From: Chiloscyllium plagiosum
Lineage: Eukaryota
Length of the DNA: 64,000 bases
Direction of reading: 5' to 3'
NCBI RefSeq assembly: GCF_004010195.1
Contig: NC_057740.1
Location: forward strand, 40,193,640-40,257,639
Of the stretch, positions 40,440-52,009 are shown piece by piece. The notes under the pieces are model-generated. The model did not search any database. It saw nothing but the letters and a program-made list of their open reading frames with translations, and had not been told where the DNA came from. Numbering within the stretch: the stretch's first letter is position 1; each line of letters starts with the position of its first letter. Position numbers and translations under genes: made by a program.

Positions 40440-41765
40440 CATCCTCCCCCCTGCTCCAACATTGATTATAATCTGAGTTGGATGATCAGCTGCTTTTCCC
40501 CCCTTTTCCCTGCTTTCCCCACTTTCCCCCATATTCTTTCTTCCATTTATCTCCAAGTGCTATATCCAACTCCTTGAAATCACAGAATGTCTTGTCCTTC
40601 AATGTTTTCTGTGGTCATGAATTCCACAGGCTCACTCCTCTCTGGGTGAAGAAGCTTCTCCTTATCTCTGTCCTAAATAGTTTATGTTGTATCCTTAGAC
40701 TGACCCCTAGTTCTGGGTTCCCCCACAATCAGCAATATCTTTCCTGTAGGCAAAAGTGAGTCCTGCAGGTACAGTCATAGAGATGTACAGCATGGAAACA
40801 GACCCTTCGGTCCAACCCGTCCATGCCGACCAGATATCCCAACCAATCTAGTCCCTGCACTCGGCCCATATCCCTCCAAATCCTTCCTATTCATATACCC
40901 ATCCAAATGCCTCTTAAATGTTGCAATTGTACCAGCCTCCACCACATCCTCTGGCAGCTCATTCCATAGACGTACCACCCTCTGCGTGAAAAAGTTGCCC
41001 CATAGGTCTCTTTTATATCTTTCCCCTCTCACCCTAAACCTATGCCCTCTAGTTCTGGACTCCCCAACCCCAGGGAACCAGAGTTTAGATTAGAGTGGTG
41101 CTGGAAAAGCACAGCAGGTCAGGCAGCATCTGAGAAGCAGGAAAATCGATGTTTCAGGCAAAAGCCCTTCAGGAATGGATGCACTCTAATCTAATATCTT
41201 TCCTGCATCTATCCTATGTGGTCCTGTTAGAATTTTATAGGTTTATTTGAGATTTCCTTCCTTCTGAACTCTGATATATATAAAGGTCTAATAGATTCAG
41301 CCTCTCTTCATGTCAGCCTTTCCATCCTGGAATCAGTCTGGTCAACTTTTGCTGCATTCCGTCTGCAGTAAGAACATCCTCCCTCCGATAAGGAGACCAA
41401 AACTGCAAACAATATTCCAGGTGTTGTCTCACCAAAGCATTGTACAATTGCAGCAAGACATTTTTGCTCCAGTACTTGAATCCTCTTGTTATGAAGGCTA
41501 AAGGTGATTTGCTGCCTTGACTGTCTCCTGTACGTGCATGCTAACATTAAGCAACTGGTGTCTGAGGACACTCAGGACTCATTGCACATTCCCTTCTCTC
41601 AATTTGTAGCCATTTGGGAAATTTGCTGCCTTGTTTTGACTATTTATTTATCCAAATTAGACTGCATCCGCCATGTATTTACCCACTCACTCAGCCTGTT
41701 CAAATCACACTGAAGCATCTGTGCAACCTCCCCACAGCTCATCCTTCCCTCTGTACATTTGAAGA
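40440..41765 (-). mobile_element. Older CR1 fragment interrupted by a young CR1 3' end (40774-41078) and a 110-bp element with 13-bp inverted termini (41085-41194)
   Basis: The host resumes at aatatctttcctg (40734 and 41193). The young insert is near-identical to 48437-48745. TTAGATTAGAGTG at 41085 and CACTCTAATCTAA at 41182. Confidence 0.8.
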
Positions 41766-41799
41766 CATTACATTGAGGTACCTAACATACCTCTTGGGT

Positions 41800-42645
41800 T
41801 AGTAAATTTGTGGACGACACTAAGGTCGGTACAGTTGTGGATGATGCTGTAGGTTACAGAGGAACATAGAGGGCTGAGAGGTGGCAAATGGAGTTTAATG
41901 CAGAAAAGTGTGAGATGATTCACTTTGGAAGGAGTAATAGGAATGCAGAGTACTGGGCAAATGGTAAGATTCTTGGTAATGTAGATGATCAGAGAGATCT
42001 TGGTGTCCATGTGCATAGATCCCTCAAAATTGCCACCTACGTTAAGAAGGCATACAATGTGTTAGCTTTTATTAGAGGGATCAGTTTTCGAAACCATGAA
42101 GTCGTGCTGCAGCTGTACAAAACTCTGCATGCAGTTCTGGTCACCGCTTTATAGGAAGGATATGGAAGCTTTGGAAAGGGTTCTAGCAAATCTCCTGATT
42201 TACTAGAATGTTGCCTGGTATGGCAGGAAAGTCTTACGAGGAAAGGTTGTGGGACTTGAGGCTGTTTTTGTTAGAGAGAAGGTTGAGAAGTGACTTAATT
42301 GAGACACGTAAGATAATCAGAGGGTTAGATTGGGTGGACAGGCTAGCCTTTTTCCTCTGATGGTGACAGCTAGCTTAAAGGGGTATAGCTTCAAATTGAG
42401 GGGTGATAGATGTAGAACAGATGTCAGACATGGTTTCTTTACTCAGAGTAGTAGGGGCGTGGAATGCACTGTTTGCAACAGTTGTAGACTTGCCAACTTC
42501 ATAGGCATTTAAATGGTCATTAGATAGACATATGGACAAGAATGAAATAGTGTCAGTTAGATGGGCTTCGGATTGGATTCACAGGGCAGTACAACATCAA
42601 GGGCCAGTACTGTGCTGTATTGTTTTATGTTCTATGTTCTATGTT
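41800..42645 (+). mobile_element. CR1 ORF2 3' fragment
   Basis: WQMEFNAEKCEMIHFGRSN...QRDLGVHVHRSLK, ending in a (tgttcta)n tail. Confidence 0.9.
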
Positions 42646-42679
42646 CGAACTTGCCTTTGTCACTCAGACCATTTAGTTG

Positions 42680-43315
42680 AGGAGTTGGGGTGTCATGTTG
42701 TGATTGTACAGGACACTAATGAGACTTTTTCTGGAGTATTGTGGGCAGTTTCTGGTTGCCTATTATAGGAAGGATATTATTAAATTTGAGAGGGTTCAGA
42801 AAAGATTTACCGGGATGTTGCCAGGAGTGGAAGATTTGAGTTATAAAGAGAGGCTGGATTGACTGGGACGTTTTTCACTGGAATGTAGAAGGTTGAAGGA
42901 TAATTTTATTGGGATGCCTGGTCAGCACAGAGGAATTAGACTGAAGGATCTGTTTCCATGCTATACAACTTTATGACTCCATAGGAGCAGGGGCTGGAGA
43001 ATTCAATGTTGGAGATTTCTCCAGCAGTAGTAAGTTGCAACTGACGTGTTCATTCTTTCTTCCAGTTCTCATCCAGCTCTCAAAACCTATACTGTTTCAG
43101 CTGCACATTTATTTTGACTCTGGAATTTTCTTTTTTTTGTACAGTGATGGGTAGGAGGGGCTTCCACTCATCAAGTCATAGAGTCGTACAGCCGGAAATA
43201 GACCTTTCGGCCCAACACATCCGTGCAGGCCAGGTTTCCTAAACTGAACTAGTCCCCCTTTGCCAATGTTTGAGCCATATCCCTCTTAACATTTCCTATC
43301 CATGTCCTTGTCCTC
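42680..43315. mobile_element. Two further CR1 3' fragments (42680-42980 plus; 43175-43315 minus)
   Basis: RKDIIKFERVQKRFTGMLPG in the first; gtcatagagtcgtacagc tail in the second. Confidence 0.75.
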
Positions 43316-44359
43316 ATTATACTCAGGGTTGGGTCAGATTACCCTGCACAATTACATTCTTTCAAGCTCATTAAAAATCCATCACAGTAAAACTTCAAAT
43401 TCTATGGAAATTCTGTCACTGGCTGGGACTTTCCAGCAGCCAATATCTTGGTGCCATATTTAAAAGACATTGGAGAGTAATCAGTCCCTGCAACCCAAAA
43501 GTGTCACTCAATGGCCTACATGTGACTCCAGACTCTCAGCAATGCGGTTCACTCTGAACCGCTCTCTGGGTAATTAGGGATGGGCAATAAATGCTGCCTA
43601 GCCAGTGATGCCCTCATCCTGTGAATGAATAAAGAAAAAAAAGTTTCTGAACACACAAGTTTCCCAGCTTTTGACGAACAAAATTGTACCTGTGAACGTA
43701 ACCCCAGCAGGCTGAGGTTTAGAGAGCACTCATGACATAAAGATCATATTCCTGATCAAGAGTCAAATCAGTTGAAAGGTTCTGGGAACTAAATTGCAGA
43801 ACTATAATCGATCATTGGATGGTGATAAAAATTCAATTGCCCAATTAACCTTCCCCTACCTGTGCTTCTAAAAACTTCAGGCCTTAACTTTAATGGGTTC
43901 TGTGTCTAAACAAAAAACAACTACATTTGAGGACATGTTGCAAAACAAAGTGGACACTACAATTAAATACCACCAAACATGTTAGATTGACCCCCCAATA
44001 GAAAAAAAACAGTGAAACTTGTGACTGATCCACACTGGTCTGACTTGTCTTGTACACCTCAGAACAGAGCTCCAGCATGTTCATTTCCGAATATTACTGG
44101 TCTTTCTATTGTATTTCTTTCCCTCTGAGGATGCAAATACTTATAATCTACAGTTATAAATTTGTTTTACAGGAGTTTTTGCACAACTTATGTTTATTTA
44201 ATAAAAATGAAAAGAATAGTTGGTGGGTATTTGAAGGAAAACCAGGTTACTTGCTGTGTAGCCAACAATTACAATTGACAAGCGTTTAAATGAAATAAAA
44301 TGTAAACCCTCCCTTCCTCTTCATCGTAGAAGGAAAGAAATTCATAAAACAGAAGATTA

Positions 44360-44491
44360 ACTGGAATGTGCGCGGGTAAAACTCTTCCGTCTCTGTTTCC
44401 AAGTGGATAGGAACGAATCCTCTCCGCTGCCATAGTAACGGGGGATTTATCATGGTGTGAGACACGGAGGAACTGCAGGGTTGAGGTAGGC
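44360..44491 (+). promoter_or_regulatory. Putative ARMC6 promoter and non-coding first exon with an RFX X-box-like site
   Basis: Local CpG cluster; ETS-like CTTCCG; GCTGCC-AT-AGTAAC at 44426-44439 (one mismatch to GTNRCC-N0-3-RGYAAC); donor GAG|gtaggc at 44486; about 0.9 kb upstream of the ATG exon, which has its own acceptor. Confidence 0.55.
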
Positions 44492-45355
44492 GGGAGGGAA
44501 GAGTAAGCTTGATATTTATGATTATAATTATACTTTAAATTTAGATGCTGTTAGCACACCAATTGGATTTTTAAAATCGTTAACTGCATGAGCAATCTGT
44601 TAAATAATTTAATGTATTGGTTATAAGAAACTAAAATCCTTTTTGTTTTGGTTTAGAAGGTGGGTATTTAAGGATGTTCCTGCTGTTCTACCCAGACACC
44701 AGGCAGGGCTTTCCCTTCTTAGCCCGAGTTTACTGGTGTGGCAACGTGTGATACTCTATTCAGTTACCCTTTGTCAGGGAGCAGGCTAACTTCAAACATA
44801 GAGAAGGAAGAGAAGCAATTGTCAAATTGGGACTATCCTTTCATTGGGGGGGGGCTCAGCCTCCTGAATCACATATACTCTTGGGAGAGGCAGGAAAATA
44901 AGATTTGAGCTGAATTTATTAATTGTTAAAATAATTTGAAACCATTATGCCCCCAGGGTGACCATGCAGCACACAAACATTCCTTGCTTTATTTCATCAT
45001 ATCAGCATAATCCTTCGTTATCAGGCTTTCCCTAAAATACCACAATATTTGTTTCAAACAGCTCCATATTCTTCTGCCAAAGGGCAGAATATTCTACCTG
45101 AATTACCTGTTTGTTTTATGAGTGTCTATCATATATTCAGTCTCAACCACAAGAGGAAACATCTCAATGTTAACCCTAGTGTAATTTTAAATATCTCTAT
45201 CACATCACACATTTCTCTTTTCTGGAGAAAACTAATCAAAAATCTAATTTTTCTGAACACTGTAACCTTTGAGAGACAAGAATAGCCCCAAGTCCATGTA
45301 ATTCAAGTTAACCTGCAACTTATTTCTTAGAAAGAGAAGTTAAGTTTACAGAAGA

Positions 45356-45476
45356 ATGGCGAGCAGGCGGATTACTCAGGAGACTTTTGATTCTGTGGTG
45401 CAAGAAAATATAACTGAGTTTCAAATGGACCCAGAAGAGGCTCTGAGTGAAGCGATACAACAGTTTGAGTCACAAG
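45356..45476 (+). CDS. ARMC6: ARMC6 first coding exon
   Basis: Acceptor tttcttag at 45330, ATG at 45356. [40 protein letters not shown], then G|gtgggt (phase 1). Matches the recalled ARMC6 N-terminus. Confidence 0.93.
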
Positions 45477-45539
45477 GTGGGTGAAGTTTTGAATATTCAC
45501 AGGGAAGAGTTCACACAAGGCATACTGCATTAATGCATG

Positions 45540-45970
45540 ATGAGATTAGCATGATGGTATTGTTACTGGAATGTAAATCACAAATTTGATCAGGGACATA
45601 TGTTCAAATCCTACCTTAAAATCTGACAGAACTTAAATCCAATAAATCTAAAATGCTGATTTATTTTGCAAACATGAATCTGCTGGATTGTTGTAAAAAC
45701 CCACGCTTCTATCCCCACTAATGTCCTTCAGGGAGGAAATCTGTCGGTCTGACCTGCATGTGATTAGAGATGTACAACAATGCTGTTGACCCTTAACTTG
45801 GAGATGACTTAGTAAGACTTTCAATTGTATTAAACTAGTACAGAAAGTGTTGTGTGTGTACTTGCACCAAGTGGATAGCAGAAGGTGGCTTGCCATCACC
45901 TTGCCAAGGGCAATTAGGAATGGGCAACATGCTCTTGCCTGAAATGCTCATGTCCCAAGAATGGCTAAAA
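45540..45970 (+). mobile_element. SacSINE1-like SINE, degenerate
   Basis: cactaatgtccttcagggaggaaatctg core and gggcaattaggaatgggcaac tail. Confidence 0.65.
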
Positions 45971-46070
45971 AGAAGCGTTGGGTCCTGTTGCACTAACATG
46001 ATTGAGTAAAGCAACTAACAGAACTGGAAATGTTTAATTTCCATTTGGATCTGTTTCACTTTCTCTGTAG

Positions 46071-46150
46071 GTGTTGATCTCATCAATATAGTGAAGGCTG
46101 TCCGGAATTCAACTACAGAAGCCAGTGGTCAGAAGCACATTGTTCTGCAG
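46071..46150 (+). CDS. ARMC6: ARMC6 second coding exon
   Basis: ttctctgtag|GT...CAG|gtgata, 80 nt, phase 1/0. (G)VDLINIVKAVRNSTTEASGQKHIVLQ. Confidence 0.92.
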
Positions 46151-47545
46151 GTGATAGCAATATGTGGGAGGCTGTATGGCTGTGATGTAGTTTTTCAAAA
46201 TCTCTGTTTGTAATTCTTCTTAAATTGAAGCTCTCAATTAGTAAACATGTTTCTGTGATGTCTATCTTTTAAGGCTTAATTACACTTGTTTGGAAACTGT
46301 TCACCTCATCAGATGATGCATCTTCTATGTTCTTAGTCCCCTTTAAACTAAAGATCTGACCATCAGCCAATATCTTTTGCTGAAATTATCAGCAACTCCA
46401 TTTCCACAGATACTATTTACCTCCCCTTCAAAAATGATGTTTTCACCCCACCTAAAAGCTCCACCTTTAGCACTTCCTAATTACTGCTTTATCTCTAATT
46501 TTTGTTTCTTGAGTCCTTGACAACTCCCCTCTTTCTCCAGTTTCTGGACAAGTCTTTTTAGGTCTACTTCTGCTCTGGTCATTGCTCTAAGACTGTTGTG
46601 TTCCAAGTCACCAATGCCATTCTTATGACAGTGACTGGGTACCTAATTCCTCCTTGTCCTCCATGATGTTCCATGTGTTCTTTAGCACATTTCATTTTCT
46701 TTCACTGCTTGTTTTCTGTTACACTGACCTTGTTTACTTATACTTCCACACTATCACATTGTAATCAGTGATCTGCTATATTTTCTGTTTTCCTCCCTGC
46801 ATCAATTTCTTGGGCACGCTCATAGGTTCCTCTCCTATTTCTCATCCATATATTGTCCACTTGACGACAACTTTCTCAGCCTGCTGTCCATATACGAACA
46901 AACCAATTTTGCCAGTCAAATGTTTATCCAGCATTAACTTGCATTTCTATGAATTTTCAATCATAATCCTGTCTTGCTGGAAGCAGACAATAGGAAATTC
47001 TGTACAGTATATCTGTTCCTTTGCCTTAATACTGTCCCACGCCCGGTGCCACAGTGATGCAAAGTCTAGTTCAAGTTGTCACTTTTTTGGTTGGCTGGTG
47101 ATATTTTGATACATGTCCCCCAGAGGGAGGGAGACATAAGATGGGAGTAGCAAAATAATTCATACCTTGAATCCCATCAGTCCACCAAGTTGCTTAAGTT
47201 CCTGTACTTTTGACATGGATTTTCAGCAACAGCCATCCAAAGAGACTGAGACATTGAGCGAAATATTTTTGAAATGACAGGGTGGACATAGCTCTCATTG
47301 AGCCTCATTCATGTGTCTTCCCTGTGCTCGCTATGTGCACATCAACTTTAGCTCGCAGTTGAACAATACCTTAATCGTGGTTTTAAGATTTTTTTTACTA
47401 TCCTTGGCCTTATATATTGCCGTAATCCCCTACAACTCGACAACTGTTTGAGATCTCTGCCCATGCAAAGCACTTTTGGATGGTTTACCACCCACTATGT
47501 AAACACAAGTTATTGGCATAGCAAATGATTTACTTGTCTTTTTAG

Positions 47546-48116
47546 GCCCTTGATGAGCTTCGTAGCGCCCTGGATCTCATGGCTGTGGATGAAATGGGGG
47601 ATCACCTGACTAACTTCAGTGAGCAATGCAGCCTCGACTTTGCTCACCGTCATCTGGCAGCCGAAAAGTCGGCCTATCCCACAGTCCTTTCTTCCTGTAA
47701 ACAGCTGATGTCAAATGTACCCTATCTGCTGAAGGGAATCCAGGCCTTGGGCAATCTGTTGGACGGTCAACCGGATCTCCTCGACCAGGAGGGCCAACAG
47801 CTCCTCCTGGAGATCTTGCGGCAGCACCGGGACCATGCAGCCCTGAACGCAATGACCATTCGCACCATCCGTCACAGCTGTCTGAAACATGAGCAGAACC
47901 GCCAAGACCTGGTGCAACTTGGGGTCTTGGCATTGCTGACTGGTGCTATTGTGAACCATGGTAATCAGGCAGATGTGATCAGAGAGGCGGGGAGAGCCCT
48001 GAGGGTCATGACCTATGATGACGATATCAGAGTGCCCTTTGGGCGTGCTCACGATCACGCCAAACTGATAGTTATGGAGAACGATGGACTTCGGATAATC
48101 ATTGAAGCCGCAAAAG
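47546..48116 (+). CDS. ARMC6: ARMC6 third coding exon (armadillo repeats)
   Basis: tttttag|GCC...AAA G|gtaggg, 571 nt, phase 0/1. Contains DGQPDLLD, CLKHEQNRQDLV and LRVMTYDDDIRVPFGRAHDHAKLIV. Confidence 0.96.
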
Positions 48117-48428
48117 GTAGGGGACAGAACTGTGTTGGGGAGCTCTATCCTAATGTGGTAATATTGTTGATGACATGCAAAAGTTGAAAGATTATAACCA
48201 TCAGCAAAGGTTGAACTGACTGGGGCTTTTTTCCCAAAGAAAGCAAAGTTTGAGTGGTGGCCTCATACAAGTCTTTAAAATAATGGAAGGAGATTATGGG
48301 ATAAGATCATGATAGGTTGTTTCCAGTTGTTGGGGAGACCAGAATTGGGGTACTGTAATTAAATCCAATCAGAACTTTGGGAGAAAAGTCTTTATCTAGA
48401 GAGTGGTAAGGTTGGGGAACTTATACAG

Positions 48429-51400
48429 TCATAATGTCATAGAGATGTACAGCATGGAAACAGACCCTTCGGTCCAACCCATCCATGCCGACCAGATATC
48501 CCAACCCAATCTAGTCCCACCTGCTGCACCCGGCCCATATCCCTCCAAACCCTTCCTATTCATATACCCATCCAAATGCCTCTTAAATGTTGCAATTATA
48601 CCAGCCTCCACTACATCCTCTGGCAGCTCATTCCATACATGTACCACCCTCTGTGTGAAAAAGTTGCCCCTTAGGTCTCTTTTATATCTTTCCCCTCTCA
48701 CCCTAAACCTATGCCCTCTAGTTCTGGACTCCCCAACCCCAGGGACGAGACCTTGCCTATTTATCCTATCCATGCCCCTCATAATTTTGTAAACCTTTAT
48801 AAGGTCACCCCTCAGAATCCGACGCTTCATGGAAAATAGCCCCAGCCTGTTCAGCCTCTCCCTGTAGCTCAAATCCTCCAACCCTGGCAACATCCTTGTA
48901 AATCTTTTCTGAACCCTTTCAAGTTTCACAACATCTTTCCGATAGGTAGGAGACCAGAATTGCACGCAATATTCCAACCATGGCCTAACCAATGTCTTGT
49001 ACAGCCGCAACATCACCTCCCAACTCCTGCATTCAATACTCTGACCAATGCAGGAAAGCATACCAAATGCCTTCTTCACTATCCTAAGTACCTGCAACTC
49101 CACTTTCAAGGAGCTATGAAACTGCACTCCAAGGTCTCTTTGTTCAGCAACGCTCCCTAAGACCTTACCATTAAGTGTATAAGTCCTGCTAAGATTTGCT
49201 TTCCCAAAATGCAGCACCTCGCATTTATCTGAATTAAACTCCATCTGCCACCTCTCTGCCCATTGGCCCATCTGGTCCAGATCCTGTTGTAATCTAAGGT
49301 AACCCTCTTCGCTGTCCACTACACCTCCAATTTTGGTGTCATCTGCAAACTTACTAACTGTACCTCTTATGCTCGCATCCAAATCATTTATGTAAATGAC
49401 AAAAAGTAAGAGGACCCAGCACTGATCCTTGTGGCATTCCACTGGTCTCAGGCCTCCAGTCTGAAAAAGAACCCTCTACCACCATCCTCTGCCTTCTACC
49501 TTTGAGCCAGTTCTATATCCAAATGGCTAGTTCTCCCTGTATTCCATGAGATCAAACCTTGCTAATCAGTCTCCAATGGGGAACATTGTCGAATGCCTTA
49601 CTGAAGTCCATATAGATCACATCTACTGCTCTGCCCTCATCAATCTTCTTTGTTACTTCTTCAAAAAACTCAACCAAGTTTGTGAGACATGGTTTCCCAC
49701 GCACAAAGCCATGTTGACTATCTGTAATCAGACTTTGCCTTTCCAAATACATGTACATCCTGTCCCTCAGGATTCCCTCCAACAACTTGCCCACCACTGA
49801 GGTCAGGCTCACCGGTCTATAGTTCCCTGGCTTGTCTTTACTGCCCTTCTTAAAAGGTGGCACCACGTTTGCCAACCTCCAGTCTTCCGGCACCTCACTT
49901 GTGACTATCGATGAATCAAATAGCTCAGCAAGAGCCCCAGCAATCACTTCTCTAGCTTCCCACAGAGTTCTTGGGTACACCTGATCAGGTCCTGGGGATT
50001 TATACACCTTTAACCGTTTCAAGACATCCAGCACTTCCTCCTCTGTAATCTGGACATTTTGCAAGATGTCACCATCTATTTCCCTACAGTCTACATCTTC
50101 CATATCCTTTTCCACAGTAAGTACTGATGCAAATATTCATTTAGTATCTCCCCCATTTTCTGTGGCTCCAGATAAAGGCTGCCTTGCTGATCTTTTAGGG
50201 GCCCTATTCTCCCCCTAGTGACCCTTTTGTTCTTAATATATTTGTAAAAACCCTTTGGATTCTCCTTAATTCTACTTGCCAACGCTATCTTATGTCCCCA
50301 TTTTGCCCTCCTGCTTTCCCTCTTAAGTATACTCCTACTGCCTTTATACTCTTCTAAGGATTCACTCTATCTATCCTGTCTATACCTGACATATGCTTCC
50401 TTCTTTTTCTTAACCAAACCCTCAATTTCTTTAGTCATCCAGCATTCCCTATACCTACCAGCCTTCCCTTTCACCCTGACAGGAATATACTTTCTCTGGA
50501 TTCTTGTTATCTCATTTCTGAAGGCTTCCCATTTTCCAGCCGTCCCTTTACCTGCGAACATCTGCCTCCAATCAGCTTTTGAAAGTTCTTGCCTAATACC
50601 GTCAAAATTGGCCTTTCTCCAATTTAGAACTTCAACTTTTGATCTGGTTTACCCTTTTCCATCACTATTTTAAAACGAATAGAATTATGGTCGCTGGCCC
50701 CAAAGTGCTCCCCCACTGACACCTCAGCCACCTGCCCTGCCTTATTTCCCAAGAGTAGGTCAAGTTTTGCACCTTCTCTAGTAGGTACATCCACATTCTG
50801 AATCAGAAAATTGTCTGGTACACACTTAAGAAATACCTCTCCATCTAAACCTTTAACACTATGGCAGTGCCAGTCGATGTTTGGAAAGTTAAAATCCCAT
50901 ACCATAACTACCCTATTATTCTTACAGATAGCTGAGATCTCCTTACAAGTTTGTTTCTCAATTTCCCTCTGACTATTGGGGGGTCTATATAATACAATCC
51001 CAATAAGGTTATCATCCCTTTCTTATTTCTCAGTTCCACCCTAATAACTTCCCTGGATGTATTTCCAGGAATATCCTCCCTCAGCGCAGCTGTAATGCGC
51101 TATCCCTTATCAAAAATGCCACTCCCCCTCCTCTCTTGCCTCCCTTTCTATCCTTCCTGTAGCATTTGTATCCTGGAACATTAAGTTGCCAGTCCTGTCT
51201 ATCCCTGAGCCATGTTTCTGTAATTGCTATGATATCCCAGTCCCATGTTCCTAACCATGCCCTGAGTTCATCTGCCTTCCCTGTTAGGCCCCTTGCATTG
51301 AAATAAATTCAGTTTAATTTATTAATCCTACCTTGTTCCTGCCTGCCCTGACTGTTTGACTCACTTCTGTTCTCAGCTGTACCCGTCTCAGATTGATCTC

Positions 51401-51552
51401 TTTCCTCACTATCTCCCTGGGTCCCCACCCCTCACCTTACTAGTTTAAATCCTCCCAAGCAGTTCTAGCAAATTTCCCTGCCAGTATATTAGTCCCCTTC
51501 CAATTTAGGTGCAATCCGTCCTTCTTGTACAGGTCACTTCTACCCCAAAAGA
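48429..51552 (-). mobile_element. Young 3.1-kb CR1 LINE (ORF1 esterase C-terminus, ORF2 endonuclease and RT; frameshifted), in an ARMC6 intron
   Basis: 5' end translates FWGRSDLYKKDGLHLNWKGTNILAG (SGNH DxxH block). Endonuclease motifs DFNFP and SDHN; RT motifs NYRPVSLTSVVGK, QHGF, DFSKAFD and FADD. Tail ends TCTATGAC/TTATGAC. The flanks (48190-48420, 51555-51750) are an older plus-strand CR1 3' end. Confidence 0.97.
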
Positions 51553-52009
51553 GTTGCTACAGATTAGAGTGTGGCAGGGAATAACTTAAATGCATTTCAG
51601 AAAAAGCTTGATAAACACAGAAGGAAGAAAGGAAATCAAGAGTGTGCTGTAAGGGTTATGTAAAGTAGCACAAAAAAAAGACTCAAATGGAACATAAATG
51701 GACCAGTTGGGCTGAAGGGCCTGTTTCCCACCTGTAATTTCTATATGATTTTAACATTACAATCACAGAACCAGCAAGAATATTGTCATTTTATGGAGAT
51801 TGGAGAGGTTGCCTTTATTAAGGTTGGGGAATTGAATCTGTATCCACGTTTTGCTCTGAATATTTGTGAAATAGAAAAACTGTATACTACATAGAGCTCC
51901 AGTAGTGCCTTGTTAAGAGTCCTCCTCAGTTTGGTTATTGTACCTTGGGAATGTTTCTTGGATAGGCTGGACATTTTTCACTGGAGTGTTGGAGATTGAG
52001 AGGTGAGCT

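Noticed and set aside
48429-49442. 337-aa ORF as an active or domesticated reverse transcriptase
   Set aside because: It is part of a 5'-truncated, frameshifted CR1 ORF2.
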